DNA of 63,969 bases, filler included, from Licmophora abbreviata (lineage: Eukaryota), in NCBI GenBank assembly GCA_900291995.1. It is 19 parts of 19 records of this genome, joined end to end, with 100 filler letters (N's around TTAATTAATTAA, not from the genome) between each part and the next. Parts side by side here need not be neighbours in the genome. Positions count along the whole stretch, not along the records: positions 1 to 1,959 come from OLMU01000621.1; positions 2,060 to 7,930 come from OLMU01000623.1; positions 8,031 to 11,234 come from OLMU01000624.1; positions 11,335 to 12,980 come from OLMU01000625.1; 15 more parts are not named here. The stretch is one strand, 5' to 3'. How positions within the stretch are numbered: the first letter of the stretch is position 1; the number at the start of each line of letters is the position of its first letter. The position numbers and the translations under genes are program-made. The notes below the pieces were generated by a model. It was not told the DNA's origin, ran no database searches, and worked only from the letters and a program-made list of their open reading frames with translations. Of the stretch, positions 1 to 11,388 are shown piece by piece.

Positions 1-399
1 AGTGTGCTGGGATGACGAGGAGTGCGCTGTCATCTGTCTTCGAAGTACGTAATATTGCTCTTTAAATAAAATGACGTCACGGGACACATTTGTGACGTCG
101 AATTACCCTTGAGTTGAAGTTCCGTCTGTACTTGTACCGGTATACCACGGTAGGCCTGATTCAGTACCACCGAAGTAATAACGCTGTGTCGAAGCACGTG
201 AGCACATCGACATGTCTTCCTTCAGTGTAAGTATGAGAGAGAGAGAGAGAGACGTTAACCGTCCAGAAGCAGACGCTTGCAGCGCATGGAACGTGCATCC
301 AACCAACAACGCTTCAAATTTCTATTGAGTATCATCTCGAGTATAAGGCCAAGCAGTGGCATAACCTCTGTTAAAGACTACTACTTCTTTTTTCCTTTC

Positions 400-1089
400 T
401 TATCCCCAGTCAGGCGGTATACTGCTACTTTCCATCATTTCCTTCCACACAATCGATCCCGTCCAGTCAGCGCTTGTAGTGGGCAACAATCGCATCGAAG
501 ACATCTTGTAGAGACCAACTCCAAACCACACCAAATTCAACACCACAAAGATGAGTTTCGGAAACTGCAAGTCCACTCCGGACTGCAAGGATCCAAACAT
601 GCTTTCCAACTTGACCAAGTTGGTAAGGGGCGTCAGCAATGCCATAGACGTAATACTAATACTGAAAATGTTCAAGGATCGTCCGGACATGTACATCATG
701 AAGGCGTTCATGCCAATTTGCTTGCCAGGTCCTATCGCAATCTGCATGGCCTTGTCTCGCTTTTTGGTATTCAGCTTGTCTTGTTCTTTTTGAGAGAGGG
801 TATTATTGGTACTGGAAGAAACAGAGTGACTCCTGAGGTCTTTCGAGCCCACCGGAGAAGGGCACTTGAAGAGGACGTCATATCCTTCGTGGCCTTCTCG
901 AATCCTCAAGTCCACGGAATATAGAGAACTGTGATCCAAAAAAGCAAGCATATATGGAAAGAATGAAGAAAGATGAGGTGAGTGGAGAAAGCAATGCGTA
1001 TTGTACACACATGCCACATGATCCGTCGAGGAGGACTTCGCCAGAAGAGACGAGAGTTTGCGGCTTTCTTACCTTTTGGATGTCGACAT
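400..1089 (-). CDS. EMC4: ER membrane protein complex subunit 4 (EMC4/TMEM85, DUF1077)
   Basis: Motifs [30 protein letters not shown] and GLYKMSSMRLLPTTSADW. A short exon 1 (ATG at 1089, MSTSK) is spliced via GTAAG...CAG in frame to SLYSVDLR. Confidence 0.85.
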
Positions 1090-1571
1090 TCTAAAGTTAT
1101 GCCAATCAATCAATTGGTAAGTTAGAAGCAAGGGGCAAAGAAGGGGCGATGAGGAACCAACGCGGCGGAGCAAATCAGGCGGTCGCCGCTCGTTTGTCGC
1201 CATTGTGAACGTGCCGATACCACACACAGCAGTGTCTCACGGATTCATTCTTTCCGGACGACGGCTGGACACAGACAGATGGTCCACGGAAAGAAACCCG
1301 GAGTTGAATGACGTACTTCCGGACGCCCGCCAGAGCATTGGCCGTAAAACCAAGAGAAAATGGGCGGCGCACAAACACACAAATCCATCATCGTCATCCC
1401 GTTCTCTAGATAGTGTGTGGCTGCCACTGGGATCGTCGATTGCAAGGACGATCTGGAAGAAACTGGAACAGAGCTCTAGAGATCCAGTTGTCTCCTATAG
1501 TAAAACGGATTGAGCATCGTCAAACATGGGAAGAAAAATGATTAAGTTTTGGCATCAGCACCATCACTTCG

Positions 1572-3453
1572 ATGCTGCTCCTCTCGTCATGTTCTTTGGT
1601 GCATATCGCTATTGCCTTTACTCCAGTGCGTTCACTTGCGTTTTCGAGTCAATCCCATCCTGTAAACTCTCGATATGGTTCTACCATCCGGACTTTCCAG
1701 TCGGTGGATCCTATCATTGGCGAAGAATCTGCTCTCAATGGAGCTCCCGAACCTGCAAAGGAATTCCCGCTGCTGAGCCGATCCCTCCGCCATCTTTCCA
1801 TGTGGAGACACGTCAGGAAGGACCCTTTGACGTTCATACACTGACGGTTCACTTGGGCGAAGCACAGCGCACTGACGCCGGGCCTGTTGTCATTGAAACA
1901 GGCAAGATTGGTCGTCAAGCGGCCGGTGCAGTAACGTTGACGCGCGGCGATAGTGTTGTNNNNNNNNNNNNNNNNNNNNNNNNNNNNNNNNNNNNNNNNN
2001 NNNTTAATTAATTAANNNNNNNNNNNNNNNNNNNNNNNNNNNNNNNNNNNNNNNNNNNNGGAGAAACGCAAACGATCGCTACAGCGACGCTTGGTGACTC
2101 TGGAATGAAACAAAAAATCGACAAGATTGATGGACAAATAGCGAAACGCTTCTACTTGCAGTACACGTTCCCGCCCAGCTGCGTCGGTGAGACTGGTCGT
2201 GTGGGTGCTCCTGGACGACGAGAAGTTGGACACGGCAACCTCGCCGAGCGGTACGTTTTTGTCCCTTTCGGGAAAATCATATTGTTGTAAGAAACCTCTT
2301 TGAATGTGAGTTTCTCATCTTGATTGAATCTTGCTCTATCGTCACCAGCGCTCTATCAGCGACATTGCCCTCCGAGGATGACTTCCCGTACACGATTCGT
2401 GTCGAATCTCTGATTACGGAATCTCATGGATCATCCTCGATGGCGTCGGTGTGTGGAGGATGCTTGGCTTTGATGGATGCCGGAGTACCTGTCAAGGCAC
2501 CCGTTGCGGGTATTGCAATGGGAATGCTTCTCGGAGATAAAGGAGGTGTGTCCGACGAAAATGCCGTCATTTTGTCAGATATTCTTGGTTCGGAAGATGC
2601 ACTGGGGACGATGGATTTCAAGGTTGCCGGCGATCGTGAAGGGATTTCGACGTTTCAACTAGACATCAAGTGCGAGGGATTGACTCTCGAAACTATGGCA
2701 CAGGCGCTAGAGCAAGCTCGTGAGGGTCGACTTCACATTCTTAACGAGATGGATAAGGTACTGTCGGGGCCACGCGGGGAATTACCCGCGTCGGTTCCCA
2801 AGATGGCTCAGTTCTCGATTCCGGCAGATTCGATCGGCAAAGTGATCGGACCTGGTGGACGACAGATTCGAGCCGTCATAGAAGACTTTGAGTTGGTGAA
2901 TATGGATGTAGGCGAGAATGGATCTATCCAGCTGACAGCAATGGATCCCGCAAAACTCACTGAAGCGGAAACTTTTGTGAAGGGCTTGATAGCTGGTGGT
3001 GGAGGAGGTGGGCCAAGAAAAGGACGTGAACCGCGCCCCAAGTATGTTGGTCCAGAACCGGAAGAAGGAAAAACATACACTGGGAAGATCAAGGGTATCC
3101 ACGCATTTGGCGTCTTTGTTGAAATACTGCCAGGACCCGAGGATGGGTCAACACCTGGCCTCGAGGGGCTTTGTCATGTCTCGGAGCTCCACGTCGAGCG
3201 TGTGAGGAACGTCGAAGGCTACATCAACTCACTGAACACTGAGGAGCTTGATGTCAAGTACCTCGGGATTAACGAGAAAGGTCAGGTACGACTGAGTCGG
3301 AAGGCTGTTCTGGAAGAGCGTCTTGGCGTACCATCAAAGAGAAACAAGCAAGAAACCTCGAACAAGAAGGAGTCCGATCCGCCAGCTTCAGAAATGTCAC
3401 AAGACGAAATCGACGTAATTGCGCAAGCAATAGAGGGTATCAAGGAGCTATAA
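1572..3453 (+). CDS. pnp: Polyribonucleotide nucleotidyltransferase (PNPase), probably plastid-targeted; middle part lost in an assembly gap
   Basis: [52 protein letters not shown], a KH motif (IGKVIGPGG) and an S1 motif (FGVFVEI...GLCHVSEL). Leader [18 protein letters not shown]. Apparent 1-nt frameshift near 1760, linker at 1960-2059, intron ~2251-2348. Confidence 0.93.
1960..2059. other. Artificial contig linker (N-run + TTAATTAATTAA + N-run, 100 nt); first of 18
   Basis: The same structure recurs at ~7931, 11235, 12981, 14279, 26016, 27153, 28519, 31844, 34685, 43559, 44866, 46424, 48912, 50548, 53032, 55521 and 62184. TTAATTAATTAA places stop codons in all six frames. Confidence 0.97.
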
Positions 3454-3505
3454 TAAGCCAGTTTAACAAAGAATCGTCGCTTCTGCTACGAATAAACCCT
3501 TCGTA

Positions 3506-5827
3506 TTACTCGTCTTCATAGTTGTCGTCCTCGTGATCAGACATAACTTCTGGTACGACCTTCGGCGGATCGGCGCCCATTTCGCGAAGCATGTTGCGGA
3601 CAGGACCGGGCGCTCCACCGCTGGCGTCCAATGACTGGAGCAGATTCGAAAGGACGTGCATGTCTTCTGCTACTTCTTCATCATTCGTTGTGTCACCCCC
3701 GACGTCATCGAGCATCCTGGAAGCCCCTGGCATTTGGCGCAGCTCTTCATCCATTGCCACCATCAGCATATTCATTTCTCTCGAATCAGACGGAATGTCG
3801 TCCTCGCTGTCGAAAGAGTCGTCGCTGCTATCTGCGTCCATCAGCCTGTAGTCGTCCTCGGAAAAGAATTTGTCTTGTTCTCGCGTGTTGTCAAAATTTG
3901 AGATCTCCTCTGGCGTTGACTTGAGCACAGCGTGCAGCATGTTGAGAAACACGCGGGGGTTGATATCGGCAGGCTGGTGGTGGCCTAGATCCTGTTGTGG
4001 ATCATGGTCACTGTCGGTGCCTTCCGATGTATCTGTGCCACTCTTACTTGTCCAGTTTGTCTTGTCGTGCGACACTCCTTCAATCTCACTCTTCGTGTCC
4101 ATAAAGTTGTGTAGACCTTTCAGCATCGAACCAAGCTGTTCTTGGTCGCTTGTAGAATGATGACCTTCATCGCCTTCCTGCAAAATCGCCTGCGATGACC
4201 TCGAGGCCGCATATTCTTCCATTGTGGAATCGCCATGAATCAACCAATCATCGCCATCCACATCCTCGTCTCGTGGCATGACAAAGACGGACGACTCCAT
4301 AGCTTCTTCCTTCTTGGAAACTTTCCGTTTGAGTTCTGCCTGTACTTGATACTGCAACGTCTCTCCAGGATGCGTTCGCGGACATGGGAACAACTCCATG
4401 TCGTTTTCGTTGTTGTATATTTCACTCTCAAATACAAGACACTTTGAAAAGGGCGACAAGTCATATCTCGCATGATTCGGTCCAGCCTGCCATGCTTGCA
4501 TCAGCCATTGTGCATTGCCGCCACTCTCTCGATCGATGCGCGCCCAACCTTCCAGGATGCGACGTTCCATCAAGGACGTGTTGGTGTTGTTGTTGCTGTC
4601 AATCTTGCTCTTCATGTCACTGGTGGGTGATACAACCGACTTGTTGTTGCTGTTCCTACTACTCTTGCCTGTTATATGATCCAGACTTGCCGTCAATCGA
4701 ACTCCAATCTGTACAGCATGTTGCAAGTGCGGCGCAGTCTCTCGTCGTTGACGCGTTTGTTGAAGGAGACGTTTGAGTTCAGGCGTCTTGTATATTGGTG
4801 GTATGTAGCCCTCGCTGCGCCATGTCGACGAAGTAACCAAAGTCCGGAGCATGGAGTAGTGGACACGCGGCAAGACAAGAGTCGTCCAGACCCAGTCCTC
4901 ATGATGTTGTAGATGGGCAGTCGTGTTGTCGATTGGGTTTTGGGAAGACGTTTCAAAGGAGTTGGCGAGACACGAAATGAGATCGGGACGGCGATGCAAC
5001 ATCCAAGCGATGGGACGTGGCAAGAGTGCTGCCGTGCGTTGTGTCGTCGTCGTGAATGATGATGATGACTCGTTGTCTTTGGGATTGGAGAAGAGGTTCC
5101 GAAGGTGCTCGTCCAAGTGTCGATTCATATCTCGAACAGTCGATACCATCAAAGTAGTAGTAGTCGACTCGTCAGCATCGTCGCCGCCCGTCATTCTTTT
5201 CAACGACAACGATAGCTGCTGCAACGCCCTTGACAATGACAATTGCGGATCCGGTCCAACGAGTCTCAGCTGACCATTTACGATCCAGCACATGTGTCTT
5301 GGGTCCAGTAGTCCCCCATCATCCTGTTGCAGCCAGTGGGGCAATTCTTCCGCACACTCGACCAAAAAGAGCGGCCCATCGTCTAGATCCCAGCAGTCGA
5401 CAGCTACATTTTCGTGTCGTTGGGTAAACTCCAGTACAATCTGAACGGCCCTCCACTCATCGAGTACGTTGAATCCGTATCGACACTGCCCTCGCAAGTG
5501 TGGGATACCCTGGGACGTGTGAATCCCAAAGACTGGTCCGTCCCCGCCCATGGCCCAGGGGTAGTTGCTACTGCTACTGCTACTAGTACTTCTGAATGCA
5601 GCATTCAGTTTCGTTGCAAGCTCGGTCAATCGCTGAAAGCAGGCAATGCGACGATCGAGGGTGGGATCGTTGTCGTTCGTGACCACTGGAGGAGGCTGTT
5701 CGAGATCATAGACATCCATTTGCAAGACATTCTGCAGTCGTCGTTCCATCGAATGATCGTCGGCGTCTTTTGTCCGGAGTTTGTCCATGTAATTAAGGGC
5801 TTCCTGTAGTAACGACCCTTCTTCCAT
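3506..5827 (-). CDS. ECD: Ecdysoneless/SGT1-family (ECD) protein
   Basis: 773-aa ORF with GQCRYGFNVLDEW...WDLDDGPLFLVECAEELPHWL, acidic DGDDWL, and a C-terminal MDEEL...NLLQSLDASGGAPGPVRNML segment typical of the family. Confidence 0.8.
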   Translation of the reverse strand: MEEGSLLQEALNYMDKLRTKDADDHSMERRLQNVLQMDVYDLEQPPPVVTNDNDPTLDRRIACFQRLTELATKLNAAFRSTSSSSSSNYPWAMGGDGPVFGIHTSQGIPHLRGQCRYGFNVLDEWRAVQIVLEFTQRHENVAVDCWDLDDGPLFLVECAEELPHWLQQDDGGLLDPRHMCWIVNGQLRLVGPDPQLSLSRALQQLSLSLKRMTGGDDADESTTTTLMVSTVRDMNRHLDEHLRNLFSNPKDNESSSSFTTTTQRTAALLPRPIAWMLHRRPDLISCLANSFETSSQNPIDNTTAHLQHHEDWVWTTLVLPRVHYSMLRTLVTSSTWRSEGYIPPIYKTPELKRLLQQTRQRRETAPHLQHAVQIGVRLTASLDHITGKSSRNSNNKSVVSPTSDMKSKIDSNNNTNTSLMERRILEGWARIDRESGGNAQWLMQAWQAGPNHARYDLSPFSKCLVFESEIYNNENDMELFPCPRTHPGETLQYQVQAELKRKVSKKEEAMESSVFVMPRDEDVDGDDWLIHGDSTMEEYAASRSSQAILQEGDEGHHSTSDQEQLGSMLKGLHNFMDTKSEIEGVSHDKTNWTSKSGTDTSEGTDSDHDPQQDLGHHQPADINPRVFLNMLHAVLKSTPEEISNFDNTREQDKFFSEDDYRLMDADSSDDSFDSEDDIPSDSREMNMLMVAMDEELRQMPGASRMLDDVGGDTTNDEEVAEDMHVLSNLLQSLDASGGAPGPVRNMLREMGADPPKVVPEVMSDHEDDNYEDE

Positions 5828-6391
5828 GTTGCCTGTGGAAGATACTTGTGGAAGAACGTCGAGTGCAGATGAGGATTGCGTCGATCTCTAGTATAGCCAT
5901 GTTCATCAAGAACTACTCCGTAGTCGTCTTGATGTGTGTGGTCCATGCAAGACGCTGTGACATTCCAAAACGTCATGACGTTCTCGAGTTCAAAATGATG
6001 TTGTCGCGACGACAGACTCATCGCTTGAGTTACATACGAATACAAGTGTGGCAGACGAGAAAGAGTAGATGTATGATATAGGTCTTTTAAGTTGTAGTTT
6101 CATCGTGCAGTCGTCTCTGGCTCTAGATGTACTCTAGCTACAGTAGCTATACTCGCCTTGCGATATTCGAAGCTTTGAGTGTGTGCTGTCGTATAACGTA
6201 CCACCATGGCACTACGTGGGCTGGATATGATCACTGCAATACATGCCACCTTCGATAGAGGAGTTCCTCAAGAAGTAGAGGAAAGACAAAAAGTGCAAGA
6301 CGAGTGGGTACTTTACTATGGTTCCTGTTGCTCTCGTCGGGTCTTGCTCTGTGTAGGCCACTCGACATGCATCGATCCTAGACCGCAGTTC

Positions 6392-7134
6392 TCACATTCT
6401 CCCCCCACCGCCACCACCATGCGGATGTCCTCCTCCCGTTCGCCTCCCCGGCTTGCGTCCCAGCTGAAACTGTTCTTGAAAACTCAATCCATCGTCCAAC
6501 TGCGAAGCCGTATCCTCGCCCGGCTTGGTCATTTCCTCCACCAGCTCTTCCGCCTCCACAATGCTTTTCAAGACTTCTCGTTTGCTGCTTTCGCACAGCA
6601 TGCCGCCGATGAACATTTCAAACAAGATCAACAAAGACTTGTGCAAGGAAAAGACCAAGTCCAATTCGCACTGGAATAGAATGAGACGGAGCAAACCATT
6701 GCATGTGGTCAGGATGATAATATTCTGTATTCCAAATGCACTAAAATACACAAATACCACCTAGTTCTCGTATTCCAACTCACCACACTGTTAAAGTAGC
6801 CATCCAGCGCCTCGACAAAGAGATGAATCTGTTCCAAGACAATGAGCTCATTCATCCCGTTGGGCACTCCCACAACAAAGTAGAGACTCGCATACCGTCT
6901 ATAGACGAACTTCTGATTCCCCTTTTCGATAATGTTGCACATTTTGGCCTGTCGCGGTAAAATGTCGCCGGCAATGTCGCGGCAGATGCGGCGCTTTTCC
7001 GATTCCGAATACGAAGTGAAGAATTCAGACAGACGAATCTTGCCCTGGCGACTCATCAGGACGACGAAGTTCCAGCCGCATGCGGCGGCGGGAGAAGAGC
7101 CAGCGTCGCTGGGAAGCAACTGGTGGTGGTCCAT
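6392..7134 (-). CDS. Clathrin adaptor complex small (sigma) subunit, AP-1/AP-4-like
   Basis: LMSRQGKIRL...KFVYRRYASLYF...NELIVLEQIHLFVEALDGYFNSV, then an intron (~6673-6783), then CELDLVF...LILFEMFIGG. Confidence 0.88.
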
Positions 7135-7433
7135 GGTGCTACTCTATGATATAGGGTGACTGCTGTCGTGCTGTCGTCGTCTGTGTGTGTGCGGTTAAGG
7201 TCATTTGATTGTGCCTGGCTTTCTGTGAGTACTAATATAGGCGTAGACTTTACATGCGACACATTCTACGAAAACTACTGGTACTAATTTCAATCCTGAA
7301 AGGACCCGGATAACAGATTTCGACGAGCGAGATCTGTGTTCGGCCTTCCACCATCTGGACCATGATGAACCACACACTCATATCTCTCGGTCGTCGTCGT
7401 TGTCCTACATCTTAATCTGCTCAGCTCGTCACA

Positions 7434-8248
7434 ATGGGAAATATATGTGCCTCTTGCCTGGAATCTAAAGAACAAAAGGCGAAATCGTCCGTGTTGGCGA
7501 CGACGGAAAAGGAGGACCGACGTGATGAGAATGCCGACGACCAATATGATTACTCATCATCTTCTGGACCGCTGCCCAGCATGGTGAACGTTCCCAGCAA
7601 CATGACTACTACTTCCAACGGAAATTCACAACAAGACTCTCCAGATCATCAGACTGCTGTATTGCGAGCAGAACAGGCGAGATTGGAAAATATCGTTGCG
7701 GCAGCGGGACGAGATATGGTACCAGTGCGGAGTGTCAGAAGTACACCGGGCTACGACGATCAAGGCTTTGCGGCGGCCTTTGCGAAGCATCTCGAAGAAC
7801 AAATGCAAAATACTGCAACAAATACTACTTTGTTGACGGCATTGCCGAAAACGTCATCGTCAGCTTCTTCTGATGTGCTGTATGCGACACTGTCCAAGGC
7901 GCCGTGGGATGCAATACAATTGGGTACTTCNNNNNNNNNNNNNNNNNNNNNNNNNNNNNNNNNNNNNNNNNNNNTTAATTAATTAANNNNNNNNNNNNNN
8001 NNNNNNNNNNNNNNNNNNNNNNNNNNNNNNTGGGTACTTCCTCATCTGGGTTGGCGGGATGCGGAGGAGAAAATCCTGTCAAGTATATGGATCATGTGGC
8101 GGAAACGTTGGTGGCATCCATGGTACCCACCAAGGAGAATTTGTTTTTCAATGGAACGACAGTAACAACGACTGCCTCTACTAGTGCTGGTGCTGCGAAG
8201 AGTGCGTCTGCAGCAGTGGGTGGACCGCTCGTGGAGAATTTGTTGTAG
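7434..8248 (+). CDS. N-myristoylated/palmitoylated protein, LAMTOR1/Ego1-like
   Basis: MGNICASC N-terminus and a helix EQARLENIVAAAGRDMVPV. The ORF continues across a linker whose flanks overlap (tgggtacttc on both sides). Confidence 0.5.
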
Positions 8249-8318
8249 GGAAGCTGACGGGAGAGAAGAACAAAACGAAACACCATTACATCGTCATTCT
8301 AGTTCTTAAGTTTCTGTA

Positions 8319-11000
8319 CTACTCGTCGCAAATTTCAGGAAATTGTACCAAATTCTGTACACGCTCGGCAAATTGACGGCATGCCGCCACACTGCAATTC
8401 GGACACTCAATTGTAATGGCTAAGACCAAAGTGGGTTTGGATGGAGGTGGCGGTGTCTTGTTCTTAGTGCGGCCAGTAGGAGATGCAATGCCAACGTCCT
8501 TAGTTTTGATAGACAACAATCGCACGCCGCCCACCACCACCACAACGTTCACATCGTTGGCGTGCTGCGGTACAACACTGGCGTCTATGTCAACTTGTGC
8601 GTGGTCTGAGTCAGGAGAGGCAACGACAAGGCAACTTCCCAATGATGGTTGATGATTCATTGTGCCCAAAAGGTGGAGTGACTGTACCAGAGAGTAGAGG
8701 GTGTCCCAGACGACTGCAAGTGGCCCGATGATGCTACCAAGCAGAGGTGTGTCACATTCCTGACGATGACGATCGATTCGCTCTTTTTCCTGTTCAACTC
8801 GTTCTACAATGTCTTGTACGCTCATGGCTCCAACGTCGTGGAGCGTCGCAATGTCTTCGGGGCGCTGGGGATCATGGGGCTTGTTCAACAACAGCGATAT
8901 GTCGACACGACCACCGCGGGGCAAATAGTGACCGTCAATGCCCAACACGGGCACCGACACGCGCCGACTCTTGAGAGACTCCACGTCCTTCATGGCCTTG
9001 GCAATGGCGCTCAGCACGATGTGAATGATGGACACTTCCGGACCTGGAATCTTGTCTTCCTCTTGCTCTTCCCTTCGATTGGCAATGAAACGCAAGACGC
9101 CTTTGAGGTCGACCGTGAGGTGACACGTAACACGTTCAATGGGAGAGTCGTCGTCGCTAGGGAATTCCAAACGGCGGCCCAAATGACCCAGTACAACGGC
9201 TCGGAGTGCCAACATGACGGCAAGGCAAAAGTAAATCTCTTTTCCAGGCAGATGAACGTTGTCGGCAAAACGATAAAGGATCAAAGGAGTTAACAGAATG
9301 ACGGCAGTCAATAGGATGGAGATTTCGTCTCGCTCGATCGCTTTTTTGGTCGCGTCGTTGTCGTCGTTGGCAGTTTCGCTTCTGTCATCGAACTTGAGTC
9401 GACGCTTGACGCTTTCCTCTAGACTTTCTTCCTTTTCGCGGTTGGGAAACTTATCAATTACGTCGGCAATCACACTCTCATTGGTCAGTTCCCCTGTCGT
9501 CAGTCGCTCTTCTGGCTCGGGCTCAGTTGCGGTCAAGTGTTGTGTGAGTACAACTGGCATACTGGCCTGTTGCTGTAATATCGTAGTGGTCAATGACTTG
9601 GGCAGACTGCCGCACAAGTCGTACGACAAGATCCGCGTTAAATGGCAACGGTTTGTGTCGACAAGCCGGAGCAACGTCATGGTGATGAACAATTTTGCGC
9701 GCACATGATCAGAGACGGGCGGTCGCAGCTCGTCGGCGGCAGGGTCAGAGAATCCCAGTATACATATGGCACGGTTGCCATTGGTATCTTGCAAGATACG
9801 CCAGTGGGTCAGTACGGCAAAGTCACGCGCTGTCGTCGGCCACACGGCTCGGTAAGCGTAATAGCTTAAATTGGTATGCTTGTTGAGCTTCTGGAGACAC
9901 ACGCTTTCGCGGGTATTCTCCTCAAAGTCTCGACGGCGATGAATATCTGCCAGCAGATTGAAGAGCTGCTTGGGATGATGCCGTAGTACACCGACCGTCT
10001 TGATCATGGCATGTCCGTCATGCGAGCGTTGGTAGAATGCCACGCCGTTTGGAATGTCCAATGTCTTTTTCCAAGAATCTGCACGACCACCACCATTACT
10101 GCCATTCTGTCGCGAGGAGTCTTGTGAAAGAGGCAGGTACTGTCGCAAGGCTGCCTGGACTCTTTCGGCCAATTCGGAAGGGACGCCTTCTAGAGATCTA
10201 TGAACGGCTTCCTCGTCGTCAGTAGCAGCTGCATCCTTCCACATAGTACCTGGATAGCAGCCGTGTCGCGACTCGTCTCCTTCTTCGCCGTCTGGAAGAG
10301 CCTCGTCTGCCTGAATCGTACGTTCTGATCCTTCTTCCTGATGTTCGTCAAATGAACGCACGGAATGGCCACAGACAGTCGACAACTTCTCCATCCATTC
10401 GTTCCGACTCACTTCCGACGTGGCCGATAAGTACACTACGCTGGACTGTTGGGATTGTTGTGGATCGTCATCGTCGGGCGGGGTAATTTTAAAGACAAAC
10501 CATCCATTCTGAGACAGTGCATCATCTCGCGTCACATGACACCCAGGCAAGTAGATAGTACCACGCGGAACGACATCGTAATCGACGCTGGTGTTGTTGG
10601 GACTGTAGGTATGATGATGATTGTCCGCTGTGGGCGCCGCATGGCGATCGAATACGACGCTCTGTGTACGTTGATTGCGAAGGGGTGTCAGTGCAGTATC
10701 ACTGCTGCCATTGGTGGACGCATTCTGTTGCGATAGAAGATAGTACGTCAAGATCCCGCGTCGGGGTTGCAAGACGAACCAGCGAGGACGCCATCGTTTC
10801 TGAAAGACATCGCGGCGTTTGTACAAGACGCCCTGATGCTGCTGCTGACTATTGGAGGACGAATCGTGTTGCTCTTGTCTGCTGGGAGTAGGTATTGTGG
10901 AGTCTTGGGTCCCATCAGTGGAAGGAGTTCGCGATGTCGTTGTGGCTGCCGTGATGGCACTCGATGGCACCGATGAAGCAGGGTCGGTGTTGCCAGTCAT
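8319..11000 (-). CDS. PH domain + START lipid-binding domain + 2 TM helices + degenerate 2-oxoacid dehydrogenase E2-like domain
   Basis: PH: QGVLYKRRDVFQKRWRPRWFVL...LSATSEVSRNEWMEKL. START: YYAYRAVWPTTARDF...HVRA...YDLCGSLP. Hydrophobic segments at ~aa 560-605. The C-terminal region resembles the E2 catalytic domain. Confidence 0.75.
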   Translation of the reverse strand: MTGNTDPASSVPSSAITAATTTSRTPSTDGTQDSTIPTPSRQEQHDSSSNSQQQHQGVLYKRRDVFQKRWRPRWFVLQPRRGILTYYLLSQQNASTNGSSDTALTPLRNQRTQSVVFDRHAAPTADNHHHTYSPNNTSVDYDVVPRGTIYLPGCHVTRDDALSQNGWFVFKITPPDDDDPQQSQQSSVVYLSATSEVSRNEWMEKLSTVCGHSVRSFDEHQEEGSERTIQADEALPDGEEGDESRHGCYPGTMWKDAAATDDEEAVHRSLEGVPSELAERVQAALRQYLPLSQDSSRQNGSNGGGRADSWKKTLDIPNGVAFYQRSHDGHAMIKTVGVLRHHPKQLFNLLADIHRRRDFEENTRESVCLQKLNKHTNLSYYAYRAVWPTTARDFAVLTHWRILQDTNGNRAICILGFSDPAADELRPPVSDHVRAKLFITMTLLRLVDTNRCHLTRILSYDLCGSLPKSLTTTILQQQASMPVVLTQHLTATEPEPEERLTTGELTNESVIADVIDKFPNREKEESLEESVKRRLKFDDRSETANDDNDATKKAIERDEISILLTAVILLTPLILYRFADNVHLPGKEIYFCLAVMLALRAVVLGHLGRRLEFPSDDDSPIERVTCHLTVDLKGVLRFIANRREEQEEDKIPGPEVSIIHIVLSAIAKAMKDVESLKSRRVSVPVLGIDGHYLPRGGRVDISLLLNKPHDPQRPEDIATLHDVGAMSVQDIVERVEQEKERIDRHRQECDTPLLGSIIGPLAVVWDTLYSLVQSLHLLGTMNHQPSLGSCLVVASPDSDHAQVDIDASVVPQHANDVNVVVVVGGVRLLSIKTKDVGIASPTGRTKNKTPPPPSKPTLVLAITIECPNCSVAACRQFAERVQNLVQFPEICDE

Positions 11001-11388
11001 TTTGAAAGTTTCGTTTCCGCTATTTTTGCGATGGTCCTTTCGAGTACACTCTCAATGATAGGTGAACGAAGGCGACGAAGTAGAGTGAAACAAGAAGCGC
11101 TGAAGGCATCAGAGCATGGCATTCATGGATTCGGAGCGTGTTGTCGACCTAGACGCCGGCACAGTGTCATTGTGAGATTGGAAAACGAGACGAATGTTGC
11201 TCAGTTTTGTAAACTACCACATTCCCTTCAAAATNNNNNNNNNNNNNNNNNNNNNNNNNNNNNNNNNNNNNNNNNNNNTTAATTAATTAANNNNNNNNNN
11301 NNNNNNNNNNNNNNNNNNNNNNNNNNNNNNNNNNCATCACACTTTCATCCAACGCGCGAAAGCCTTCATTTCCCCACCACCGACCACG

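Noticed and set aside
1750..1775. Frameshift in PNPase (also PhzF-like ~14925 and UBC9 ~56856) as programmed frameshifting or pseudogenisation
   Set aside because: These are single-base shifts, mostly at short homopolymers, in otherwise intact conserved genes. The duplicated flank at 53020/53180 directly shows a homopolymer-length discrepancy, so assembly error is the simpler explanation.
2005..2016. Recurrent TTAATTAATTAA as a biological repeat, CRISPR repeat or insertion site
   Set aside because: It is always centred in a fixed N-run and has stops in all six frames: an artificial linker.
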